A stretch of DNA of 64,000 nt, taken from assembly GCA_021613535.1 (NCBI GenBank), contig CP075494.1, positions 8,618,001 to 8,682,000 on the forward strand. The letters are read 5' to 3'. This DNA comes from Adineta vaga. Taxonomy: Eukaryota; Animalia; Rotifera. A model generated the notes under the pieces. It searched no databases. It saw only the letters and a program-made list of their open reading frames with translations, and was not told where the DNA came from. Of this stretch, positions 43,396 to 55,400 are shown piece by piece; the stretch's first letter is position 1; each line of letters begins with the position of its first letter. Made by a program: the position numbers and the translations under genes.

Positions 43396-44769
43396 ATGAT
43401 TACTACAACTTCTACTTGTGACAATACAACCTATCGTAAGACAAACTAAATTTCTAATAAATCAGCAAGATTTTCTTTCATTGTTGTTGAAATATTAGAC
43501 ATGAACTTTTCTTTTGCAATACTTTGTTGACAAATTATGAACATATAGTTTTGAAGAACTCAAGATAAAATTTTGTTTCATGTGCTTCAGATTCATAATG
43601 ATTTTGAGATACATCTATTTCATTTGCTTTTCTTGAAAAAAATTCAGTTAGTTACATATGTACGAGAGAAAATGTTCAGTCTCACTTGTAATATTATTCG
43701 AAAATAGTTCAGTTAGCAGAATTGTCGAATCCTTATTGTAATTCTATGAAAACTTTCTATATGAAAAAGTTTATTTTGTTAAAATTAGGCATTTGTGACT
43801 CTATGCTTTGTATTTATTATCTTTAAATGATTCTCTCTTTTATCATTTTAAAGAGCAGTTAAACCTCTGTTATTGTTTCTATTTTTCATCTTCGTTCTAA
43901 AAAAGAAAAGTAATCAAAGCAATACTTATAATCGAAAATCTATCTTATCATCATTGATTTTTATAGTTTATTGTATAACAATTATTAAGACTTGAAACAC
44001 TTTTCAATTTTTGAGATTCTTTTAAATGATAATTTCGTTTACTATATTTTATTTAGAATATATGGATATTTTACGTTGTCGAAGACAACGTCTCATCTTT
44101 CTTATCCAATGTTTCTTCTTCCTTCTCTTTTTTTCTATTGGTTGTGGGTGTGGAATAGTTCATACACTTGATGATTGTTTTCAAGGTACATGTTATTATA
44201 ATACACAAGCACGTTCAGATAAACTTCAAACAACTTCAATCAACCATTGTTCTGATATTACAAATCCAGTTTGTTTTCGTCAAACACATATTAACAATCA
44301 CTTTTTCAAAGTTAGATTATTTGTTCTTTATAATGTGTCAGTTATCATTAGCATGGTTTATGCATGGCATCGTACTGTTCGTTTGTTAACTTGTCTTTTT
44401 GTTTTATCTGTTATTACTTTTATCCTTTTTTGTACTGATCTCATTCTTTATGTTGATGAAGTATTTGATAAAAGTCTGATGGTAACTCTTGGCACTATCA
44501 TCAGTTTTCCAATACTAACGTCATATTTAGCCATCGATAACGAAGATCCGTTAAGTGTGATCTGTGGATACGACAGAATAACAAATGGTCTTCACGAATT
44601 TCTTCTCAATGATAATGCGAAACGTGCGCGTTTTTATCGATGGGCAAAAAAAGTGATGAAACAATGGAATATTAAAGAAGAGAAGTTAATTATATCGATT
44701 ATTTTCATCATAATGATTGACATTTTATTGATGCTTGTAACTGTTTATGTCTTACCTTTCATGCCGTAA
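43396..44769 (+). CDS. Uncharacterised multi-pass membrane protein with a Cys-rich loop
   Basis: Long open exon 44057-44769 with about 5 hydrophobic segments; probable first exon 43396-43435 (MITTTSTCDNTTY, GTAAG donor, phase-compatible). Confidence 0.6.
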
Positions 44770-45488
44770 GAATACAAAAACAACGTTTATAATTTTAAGA
44801 CAAAAATATGAAGACATTATATATAGATCATATGAATACATACAAGTTTTATACAGATGTTTGGTGTGACTTCGGCACGACATATATAAATAAATAAATT
44901 TAATAAAACTTTGATTCATAATTATTCGAAACATGCCTACATTGTTTTTTTTTAAAATTGTATCACCGACGTTTTATACAATTGCTTAGGAGTCAAAAAG
45001 AAAGTGTGAATATAAAGAAAGCAAAAGCCGTTTAAAGTTTTTTTCGAAATGATGCGTTTCATAACAGATAAGACTTATAACACAATTCTAAATCTGTCAT
45101 TTAACTGAAAAAACTATTGAACGATATTCTCTATTGATCTTTTCAGCTCCCAAAAAGTTTCTGATACTTTGGCTCATGTAAATGATAACGTTTATTCAAA
45201 AATATGAATATGTTACCGATAGACGTTAGCGTATAGTGATCTTTATCTCATTGTCAAAGTTTATCATCACATGATACACACCAACCCTCATCGATACTCG
45301 ATCATCATTCTTATTGTAATGTTTGCCATCAGCTGGTTGTAGTTCGAAATTTGTTGAGAAGAAACTCTTGGATGAATATTTTTTTCGGAAGAACAAGGTG
45401 AAGTTGGAGAAATAACATGTAGATTTGGTTAATCTATCATTTTCATAGATTTTCAAATAATTTGATTCTCTTTTTCAAATATTTTTAG

Positions 45489-46570
45489 TTGTAGTTTAGC
45501 ATTACTTCTATCAAAAGTTCGCGAAACCGTTTTAATCTTAAGTAGCGATCCAGCTCATAATATATCAGATGCATTTAATAAAAAATTTACGAAAAAATCA
45601 ACAAAAGTCAATGGTTATGATAATCTATTTGCTATGGTTTGAACAATTTTGTTTAAATCTCTTCTTTCTTTTGATGAATTATATAAATTTCATAGGAATT
45701 TGATCTATCTGGTGGAATTAGTGAATTACCCAAGGGGGAAACAGCGGATCTGGGATTGTCGGACTTTTTTTTTGGATTGGCGAATTGTGTTCGGATTTCT
45801 CATGGATTGGCAATCCCAAAAATCTGCCGTTTCCGTCTTGGAAAAATCTGACGATAATGAAGAAAGTGATATGAATTTATCATTTAAAAAAAAGAAAAAG
45901 AAATCTTTATAATATTATTATTTTAGAATTATGGACTGTATGGTCGTTCAATGTTTCAAGAAATGCTTCCATCATTTTCTGGTATTGATGAAATAATAAT
46001 AATGAATTAGATTATTTAGAAATATGAATTTTAGTTTCGTTGTAGTTGATACCGCGCCAATAGGTCGTACATTACGATTACTTTCATTTTCTTCAGCTAT
46101 TGAAAAAGGTCTTGATAAAATTTTAAGACTCAAAAATCAAGTTGAACCAATGTTAACACAAGTAAAGAGATTGTTTTATTATTTTAAATATTCTTTATTT
46201 TTTCCTATTTCAAAAGATTTCATCAGTGTTTGGTATGGATAATATGATGTCAGAATACAAGAATTATCTAAATGTCATATAGATACACATTCAATTATTG
46301 TTAATCAAGTTTTATTTCCAACACCAAGTGAAAATATCAATTCATGTTCTTGTTGTGCATCAAAAATGCGTCTTCAACAGAAATATATTGAACAAGTATT
46401 TTTTTATTTGGAATTTATATCTTTTTTTTTACTTTATATTTTGATTTAGATTGATGATCTTTACGATGATTTTAATGTTGTGAAATTACCATTTATTTAT
46501 GATGAAGTTCGAGGTATACAAAATATCAATTCATTTTCTCAACATCTTATGAAAAATGCAATATAAACCA
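45489..46570 (+). pseudogene. ASNA1: ASNA1/GET3 ATPase unprocessed pseudogene, 5'-truncated
   Basis: [76 protein letters not shown]. No GKGGVGKT P-loop exon; frameshift, stop, internal deletion, MITE insertion; introns retained. Confidence 0.88.
45730..45841. mobile_element. ~110-bp MITE inserted in an ASNA1 relic exon
   Basis: CCAAGGGGGAAACAGCGGAT...ATCTGCCGTTTCCGTCTTGG imperfect TIRs, internal GGATT repeats; interrupts GGISEL/KSDDNEE. Confidence 0.72.
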
Positions 46571-46994
46571 CAAATATTTCATTATCAGACAAACAAAAGT
46601 TGCTCATTTTTATTTTTTTATTTAAAGTTGATCTTCTATTCAAAAGGCGAAGAATAAAACAATTATTTGTTTCAAAACGATAATATTTAAAGTAAATCTA
46701 CTAGAAAATCGAACATTTAGCTTTCGAAGACAAACGATACAAATTGGAAATAAATATATTGTTTATTTCAATCGATAATTTACAGCATGAAGAATATCTA
46801 TTTGATGAAAATCTAATCAATTTTCAAGAAGATAATGAAGTTCATTCGATGAATATTTCTAATTCTAGATGTTCTTAATCGAATAAAAAAAAGTAATTTT
46901 ACATACATTTGCTTTCATATTTGTTAATATTTCTCATGGAAGTTGCAACGAATTTTTTAAGTTGATTTCAACGGTCATAGGGTGTTTGGGAAGT

Positions 46995-47547
46995 CACTAA
47001 ATACAGAAAAATTTGAAGATTCTTCTCATTTGACAACCACACAGGCATAATTTTCCGAAGATATAGGTTCGGTGGAAGTTTTTATTCATGAGGAACCAAT
47101 CTTTATGTGTGCATGGTATACTGATCAACTCTGTTCACCGCATAAGTAGATTGTCAACAATCATTTGTTACTCATAGTTATAGATGGATACTGTGGGATA
47201 TTCTTTTAATTTATCTATCAAATAATATAGATCATATGCAATACAATATTTACGAACATGAAAGAGAAATCGTTCTTTATTGTTCAAATAATAGGAAAAC
47301 GTTGCATATCGTCTATTTCGTTCGATAAATAAACGAAAAAATATCCTACAGTATCTATCTATAACTATGAGTAACAAATGATTGTTGACAATCTACTTAT
47401 GCGGTGAACAGAGTTGATCAGTATACCATGCACACATAAAGATTGGTTCCTCATGAATAAAAACTTCCATCGAACCTATATCTTCGGAAAATTATGTCTG
47501 TGCGGTTGTCAAATGAGAAGAATCTACAAATTTTTCTGTATTTAGTG
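46995..47547. repeat. Long inverted repeat, 208-bp arms (46995-47202 and 47340-47547), 137-bp spacer
   Basis: Arms are reverse complements with about 6 mismatches counted by eye. Confidence 0.95.
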
Positions 47548-48505
47548 GCATTTCAGACATCATATAAATACGAATTTACGGATGTCATTCATACAGGATA
47601 TCTTTCAGCTACATAGGAAATATATGGGACAATGATTTTTAGGTACAATAGCTTTCAAGTCTAATAAATTTCGCAAGTTGCAGCGATATTGGAAACTACA
47701 GTCTCGTTTTTACATATATATTTAATGAACTAGGCAACAACCATATTTCAATTGTTTAAACAATTAGATGATGAAATGATAAAGTTTTCCAAATAAATAA
47801 TACGATTTATTTATGATCAATTCATTTCCAACTTTTTTTTCCTTACATGGACAAATCGTAGATATATATATATATGTATAATTCATTTTCAACTATTTCA
47901 TATAAATATATTGATATAAAGATGAAGATAAACGGAATCAAACTAAATAAACATCCAACAAAATCTTTTTGATTTACATATCACAAAATGAGGTTCCCTC
48001 TGTTTTTCTTTTAAGCAGCCGTGTATCTCTACTTTTGGTCATTTCACAATGAATCATTTTCTTGTGTGCAACGTGATCGTCACGAAGCTCTTTGTTTTTT
48101 TCTTCTCGTGGTTCTCTCTCTATGGTTTAATCTGTGTGATTTTCCTTCTCTCTCCCAGTATTGTTATCTATGGTCCTTTTTCGTTCGTTCTGTTGCCACA
48201 TATATTTCTTCCATTTATGTCTGTTGGTGTAGAATGTCTCGTGTCTTTCTTTTTGTTTTTGTTTCGTGAACAGATATTACCGTTCACTACTAATGGACGG
48301 AGATGTTAGGGAATTATACTACTATACACTAGCTAGCAATCTCTTTGGTTTTCTTCTCTTTTCTCTATTCATTCTTTTTCTTTTTCTTTCTTTGTCGCAT
48401 CTCTTTGTAGTAGTTTCAATTGGAGAAGAAGAATTTTTCTGTTGATCTTTGTCTGTTCGAATTTAAATTATATTTTTAATTGATTTTTTCATGTTTTTTT
48501 TTCAG

Positions 48506-49177
48506 ATGGCGGAAGATAATGATTTTGAAAAAATACTAGAAAAATTTAATATCGATCGATATACTTTATCTTTGGTCAGTTGGATTTTGAAGATTGGAAG
48601 GATTTTCGACAAAATTCAGCAATTGACTAAATCTAGTTCTTATCGGTTAATTATTGTAATTTCATGTTATGTTATTTTCAGTTATTATTTGACATCTATG
48701 GTGAAGTCGTATAATTCTTATATGCATTCATTTGACAAATATCAAGAAATGGAAAACAATTTGAAAAGTTTAACACAAAATAATCTTACGAATAAATTTA
48801 TCGAAGATCCACTTCTGTTCTATGGAAAGATGCATTAGGTTAATGGAAATTATTCACGAATTTTAAAGTTGATGGTTAATGATATACATTATGTTAAAAT
48901 TCATAATGTTCATCTGGATGATTTTCTTTCGAATGGGACGAAACTTAGTTTCATAATTACTTGCTTCCCTTTCGTGCTGAATACTCCTTGGTGGACAAAT
49001 ATTTTATCTATTTTTATTGGTTTATCGAATATGATTGCATCGCAACAGAACTTCGTTTTTCAATACCTGTATCTGCTGCTGTCAAATATTGTACTTGGAG
49101 AAGTTTTATTGGTTGTAACTGAAGTCAAGTTTTGGTTAAGTGCATTTGGGGCACTGATCAAGGCTAAAACTTTGTAA
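48506..49177 (+). pseudogene. Membrane-protein-like frame interrupted by one in-frame TAG
   Basis: ORFs 48491-48838 and 48869-49177 share a frame; only TAG 48836-48838 separates them; TTTCAG acceptor just before MAEDND. Confidence 0.5.
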
Positions 49178-49310
49178 TAAAGATTATGTTTTCGCCATTT
49201 TTTACTTTTCACATGATCAAATCAGGAAAATGTTTGGTAAAAGAAATAAAAAAGAACTGAAAGAAATTTTATTATTCTAAACATAATTTTTTTATGAAAA
49301 AATTCTTTTA

Positions 49311-51530
49311 GGATTTACAAGATGAAAATGATCAAGAAGTAAATAAAAATTGAATTTTTTTTCCCTATTAAAATTATTTGTTTTAACTTAGAATCGATAT
49401 TTACTTGAAGATGAAAAAAAGAAAATGAAACGAAAGAAAAGAAAAATGAAAATGAAGTTAAAAAATGAATATCAATTCGTACTGAACATTTATTAAATGT
49501 AATACTGACAAAAACTACACTTGATCTTGTTCAAAGAATTTCTATAATGTTTAATGAACTTTATTCAAAAGATCTTCCATCAGATATTGATGAAGAACAC
49601 GTTATGTTATCTATTCATAATCAAACTGGTTTTGATATAATTATTTATGAAATTCAAGGTATTCAATTTCGAAAGAATGAAGAACCTGAAGATAAAAAAA
49701 TACATTTAAAAACAAATCAATCAATTCAATTAACAATATTTGAAGAACGTTTATCAGCAACACATTTACCAGCTGTTTCTGAACAATTTTGAAAAAGAAA
49801 ACAACACTTTTATGTTTAATTTGCTGATAATACGATTTTAGTTAATATTAATCAAACATGGAGAAGAGTTTATGAGTGTGCATCATCACCAATTCCATCA
49901 TGGCCAATTCAATTACTTTGTGATTCATAAAAAATGAAAGAAGAAAAGATATCCTTAGTTTAATTATTAAAGTAATTTTATTCATTTCTTTTTAAAAACA
50001 AATTTTCTTATTTTAAGGTTTCAAATCGAACACAAATGCCACTAATTCTCTTAGATGCTGATTCATTGAACAAAATCAATTTAATTCCATTACAAAAATT
50101 GATGTTAATCAAGAATTTTATCTTCCTATTCAACTTCTTTATTTACGAACAACATCACGCCTTTATTTTACAGTTGATCAGTAAGAAAAATTTTTCTTTT
50201 CAAAATTTCTCATTTTTTTTTTCAAAGAGGAAATTCTTCAGATTTTATTTCATTTGATTAGGTTAATGATTCATCAAGTGATAGAATATTAAAATTAAAT
50301 GATGGAAGACAAGCACATTATGTTGTATGTTTTTTCTTATTTATTGAATTTTCATTTCTCTTGGTTTTTATTAAAAGATTTATAAAGAAGAAATTGAAGC
50401 ATATTCAGAAAATACCGATGAACCAAATACAATTGATTTAAATATTAAAGGACATGGAATTCATAATGAACATATGATTGAATTTACGAATTTATCAAAT
50501 GAAGCAATATTAGTAAAAGAAAGTAATAATAAGATAAAGACTTCTTTCTTCTTTTTTTAGAGAATGATTTTACGTACTGACATATATAGAGAGAATCATA
50601 TCGTGTTTCATATTATTCACCATTTTGGATTATTAATGGAACTGATTTATAATTTCAATTTAAAGTTTGTTGAAAAATGAAATTATTATTGGGTTTTTTT
50701 AAAGAAAACATTTTTTAGATTGATAATGGTAAAACTTTAATTGATGTTGGTGATAATCCATTTTTTATTCGTCCAAAAAAATTTGATAGTGATTCACATA
50801 AAAAGAAAGGACATATTAGATTATTTTATAATGACGAAGATGAAACAATTTCACAATGGTCGGAATCATTTTCACTTGATGTTATTAAAAGTACTATGGC
50901 TTCATGTAAAGTTAATAATGATAGAACTTATACAATTTGTATTGATATTGTTACTTCATCATTTAGTATGACGAAAATTATTACTTTAATTCCATCAACT
51001 GCTATTTATAATAATTCGTCTGTAATCATTTAAAAACAAGATTTCATTGAATAAAATTTTCTTTTTTTAGTTACCAATTCAAGTGTCAGAATTTAATTCG
51101 GATTCTTCACAATTAGAATGAAAATCAATTAAATCAGATAAAGTAACTAGAAATCTTTCTAGGACGTTAATTCCTATCGGCAGACACGACAGTGTCAAAC
51201 GGGTCCGGCGGAGATCCACACATAAATGAGTAGCGAGAACTCGAAGTTTTTGTCTCATTTACGCTAGACATCGATGAGTCGTAAAATGTAGGAGAGACGA
51301 GTAGATGACCGTATTGTTCATTATTTTTGATATAACGGATTACGAAACGCTGTAATTTTTAATCTTTTCTTTAGGTTGAATCTTAATGGCCACGTTCATT
51401 AGAAGAAACAAAAATGTTAGTTCGTTATGAAACTAATTCCAAAGCAAGTTTATTTTCAATTGAAGACAAACAACGAATATTATTACATATGAATAATGAT
51501 GAAGATTCTGCACTTCATACTGAAGATGAG
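49311..51530 (+). pseudogene. VPS13: VPS13(A/C-like) internal fragment, unprocessed pseudogene
   Basis: LNVILTKTTLDL, SIHNQTGFDI, YSPFWIINGTDL, SQWSESFSLDVI, IDIVTSSFSMTKIITLIP match the VPS13 central adaptor-binding region; many stops and frameshifts; introns retained; both ends missing. Confidence 0.8.
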
Positions 51531-51613
51531 GTTTAAAACCTCGAAAGCTCTATTTTATTAGTAATTTTCATATAAAAATAAATCGTCAACTTTTATCAAA
51601 TTTCATCAATATT

Positions 51614-52450
51614 CAAAATCGTAATGATTAGAAGACGTTTTAAATTCTTCATATCTTATATGAAAGTAAGAAAAAACAAACATCAATTATGACTCATCAT
51701 TATTCAGAGATATACTGTATAAACACCATAATAAAAAGTAATTGTATGATGAATTTCGATTTATTGTCAATAAACTAAATAATCATGTGAACGAGGGCGA
51801 ATAGAATTCATATTGTTGTGATTTACTTTTTGTTTACATGTTTTCTAAACTAATTGAAAATGATCAAATCATATATTGTATACAGAAAAAAAGAAATTTA
51901 TCAATGTTCACAAACTCTTTAATAAACTTTTGATTATACATTAGTATAGTCAAGTGTTAAAATCAGTATACTGTATATCATTGTAGCAAACGTATAATCA
52001 TCAATAGTATTACCAGAAATGAGTCATTTTATTCTTGTTATTTTTACAAAATAAAATCGATTGACATATGAGAAACATATTCTATTCTATTCTATTCTAT
52101 TACCATATTGTGTATATTTATAAATCGACAAAATCGTCCTCGAAAAAAATTGCTTTTGTATACAATCTTTTACAGGTATATTTGTTTGATTATAATGAAG
52201 AGCCGAACTACGTAATAATCATTTCAGCGCTACAGTCTATGTTAATCGATCCGAACAAAAAAACAAAGTTTCTTTTAGATAGAATCATTAAGTAAATTAG
52301 TAGAATAGAAGAGTTGATATAATTTCAAAAAAGTATTGATTGGTTGATAGATTACTCAAATCATATCAATCATCTGTACGCGTGTTGTTGGTTGGTTCAT
52401 TATTTTCTTCACTTCTTATTTTTCATTGTCTCACGTCGACAATGTGGGTG
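51614..52450 (+). repeat. Direct duplication copy 2; upstream region and start codon of TBC1D9
   Basis: Matches 39264-40098; contains a reverse CCAAT box (GATTGG, ~52338) and the intact ATG at 52442. Confidence 0.95.
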
Positions 52451-55400
52451 AAACCATCTGAAATTTTAGTAAATGATTTCATTTTTTTGAAAACTAAACG
52501 AAATCTAAAACAATGTTTTTCTTTTTTTCTTTATAGGTCAATGGATTTTGGTAAATATATTGTTTAAACTCGACTTTTCTATTTGACTTTCAATAGGTCT
52601 ACTGATCGTGCAAATCCTTATTTTTCATTACAACGTCGTCGAGGTCATGATGAAAAATATGCTGGACTGACCAGTATGTTGGTCGCGACACTCGATTCTG
52701 TATTTGACAGCAAAGTAAGAAAATACAATTGTTGTAAATATTTATTTATGACTCTTCTTTTAAGACTAATCGTTATCGTATTCTTCATCAACGACCTGAT
52801 TCAGAAGTTTACCATTGTAAATAGAAATGAAATTGAAAATCGAACCTTCAATAGTTTTTCACATCTAGTAATTGCTGAAGCAGATACTAAAGAAGAGATT
52901 GAAGAACATTGGCAATGGCTTGAAGAAAATTTAATGCCTGCACTTGGTAGAATAGTCGTCTTCTTAGAATTTTATTAATTTCGACTGATATTTATAGGTA
53001 AAATTGATGCTGGAGTTGATGTAACAGAATATGTTCAATCAAAAATCAAAAGTTTATGTGAACAAGTGGATGAAGATGAAATTGGTGGTAAAAAATAATC
53101 AGACGATGATTACTTTCGTATATCGTGTCTCTATATATATATATATATCTAGATTTTGAATCGGATAAATTTAAAAATGCCGTAAAAAAATTTCATAAAT
53201 TCAATGTTCCAGCTGATGAAAAACTTGTCACATGTACGTTAAAATCTCTGCATAGATTCTATCGATTTTAGTTCGTTTTTGTTCAGATTATGCTTGTTCC
53301 TATTGGCGCGGTCGTGTACCTCGTCAAGGTTGGCTGTATTTATCGGTGAATTATTTATGTTTTTATTCGTATTTACTTGGCAAAGATATTACGATTGTAT
53401 TAAAGTTTACAGACATAACTGTACGTGAGAATTGTACCTTCGATGGTGAGATTTAGAATTGATTTTGTTATATATTGTAGTCATTGGAACGTATACAAGC
53501 ATATGTAGCTGAAACAATACGTGTTGGTACACGATTTCATGTACATGATTTTTCGATGTTTCGAAATATTGAAGAAACATATCAAATGATGGAACAATTG
53601 GCTAATTTTGCAGCGAAAAAGTAGTTTACATTAAGATTCGATCGATTAACGTTGATTATGTCTTTAATTTTCGATAGATTATTATCGGAAAAAGGTGCTT
53701 TTCGTGAAGAAGATTTCTTTCCAGCAGTTACAAAGTATGTGTATGTGTGTGTGTGTTTTCTCGATTACAAATTGTTCAGAATATCTATTTAGAAAAACTG
53801 CACCGAAAGTTATCTCTCAATTAAAACGTGATCTAGATGCGAAAACACGTAGTGAACTCTATCGTTGTCGATTTCGTCTACCCTTAACTGAACGATTAGA
53901 TGGAGAAGTTTCATGTCATCTATGGACACCTTATAATCAGTCTCATGTTTCGGGTACACTTTATATATCAAATAATTTCGTCTGCTTTGCTAGTCGAGTA
54001 AGATTTCGAAACTTGGATTAAACAAAAAGATGTCGATTGAATGAATAGGTTCATCATCAAGTGAATTTAATCATTCCATTTCGTGATATCAATGTTATTG
54101 AGAAGAAACCAGATCATTTGAAAGTACCTGATATTCCAATTGACTCAGCAATATCGATGACCATAAAACAACAAGTAAACTTTTCAGTGAGATGAATGAG
54201 AATAGTTTTATGTGTTTATTACAGGAAAGAAAATTGATTTTTTCTTATTTGGATGATCGAGAATTTGTTTTGAATAAGCTAGTACAGATATTATCACAAT
54301 ATAGTGAACCGCAATCACCAAATATCGATCTAACACATATTGGTAAGTCATTTTTATCAACGTTTTTCTACCAATTAAAAAGTCATCTTTCTTCTAGAAA
54401 TTTCCCCTCCACTCTATTTACAATTCAATACTAATTATAGTGACGAACGTTTAGCACTTGAAAAACTTAAAGAAGCATCATGGCATACACATTTTCTAAC
54501 TCATGGAAGAGGTTCAACAATATATCGAACGAATGAATTATATGAATTAATATTTCAAGGTATACCTGATTCATTACGAAATGAATTATGGTTAATATTT
54601 AGCGGTGCAATACATGATGTAAATAAATTCGAATAAAACAAAACATTTGAATAACTACATTCATCTTCTTTAGAAAGCAGCAAATCCAAAAATTTATTTA
54701 AAATTAGTTCATGAATCATCACTAATGAAAACTGGTCATGAATCAACTAATGATGAAATTGAACGTGATCTTTATCGAGCATTACCTGATCAAAAAGCTT
54801 TTCAACATGATTCAGGTATAAGTGCATTACGAAGACTATTGAGAGCATATGCTTGTCATAATACTGATGTTGGTATGTCGATCTTCTTCATAATCAAACA
54901 GTTTTGTTTTCTTCGAATGAGAAATATTTAGGTTATTGTCAAGCAATGAATATTATCGGAGGAGTTTTGTTACTTTATATGAACGAAGAAGATGCATTTT
55001 GGACATTAGCAGCTCTTTGTGAACGTCTTTTACCGGATTATTACAATACGAAAGTTGTTGGTGCATTGATTGATCAAGGTAAAGATATTTATTTTCGAAT
55101 CTATTTATTTTGTTTGCGCAATATTTTCTTATAGGTGTTTTCAGTGATTATTGTAGCGAATATCTACCTGATTTATATGATCAATTGAAAAATCTTGGCG
55201 TTGCTGCTTGTATAAGTCTTTCATGGTTTTTAACATTGTTTATTTGGTACGAACAAATCAAATTTTGTCACTTTCTCTAATTAACTTTCCTTGTAGTGTT
55301 ATGCCTTTTAATTCTGCACTCTACGTTATGGATATATTTTTCTATGATGGAATTAAAGTTCTTTTTCAACTAGCATTAACCATATTAAAAGAAAATCAAG

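Noticed and set aside
51270-51305. Hammerhead-like TCGATGAGTC...GACGAG suggesting a Penelope/Terminon element
   Set aside because: Both core motifs deviate from CUGANGA and GAAA, and no RT is nearby.
39264-52450. LTR retrotransposon with ~830-bp LTRs
   Set aside because: No TG..CA ends, PBS/PPT or gag/pol; the repeat includes the host TBC1D9 start codon.
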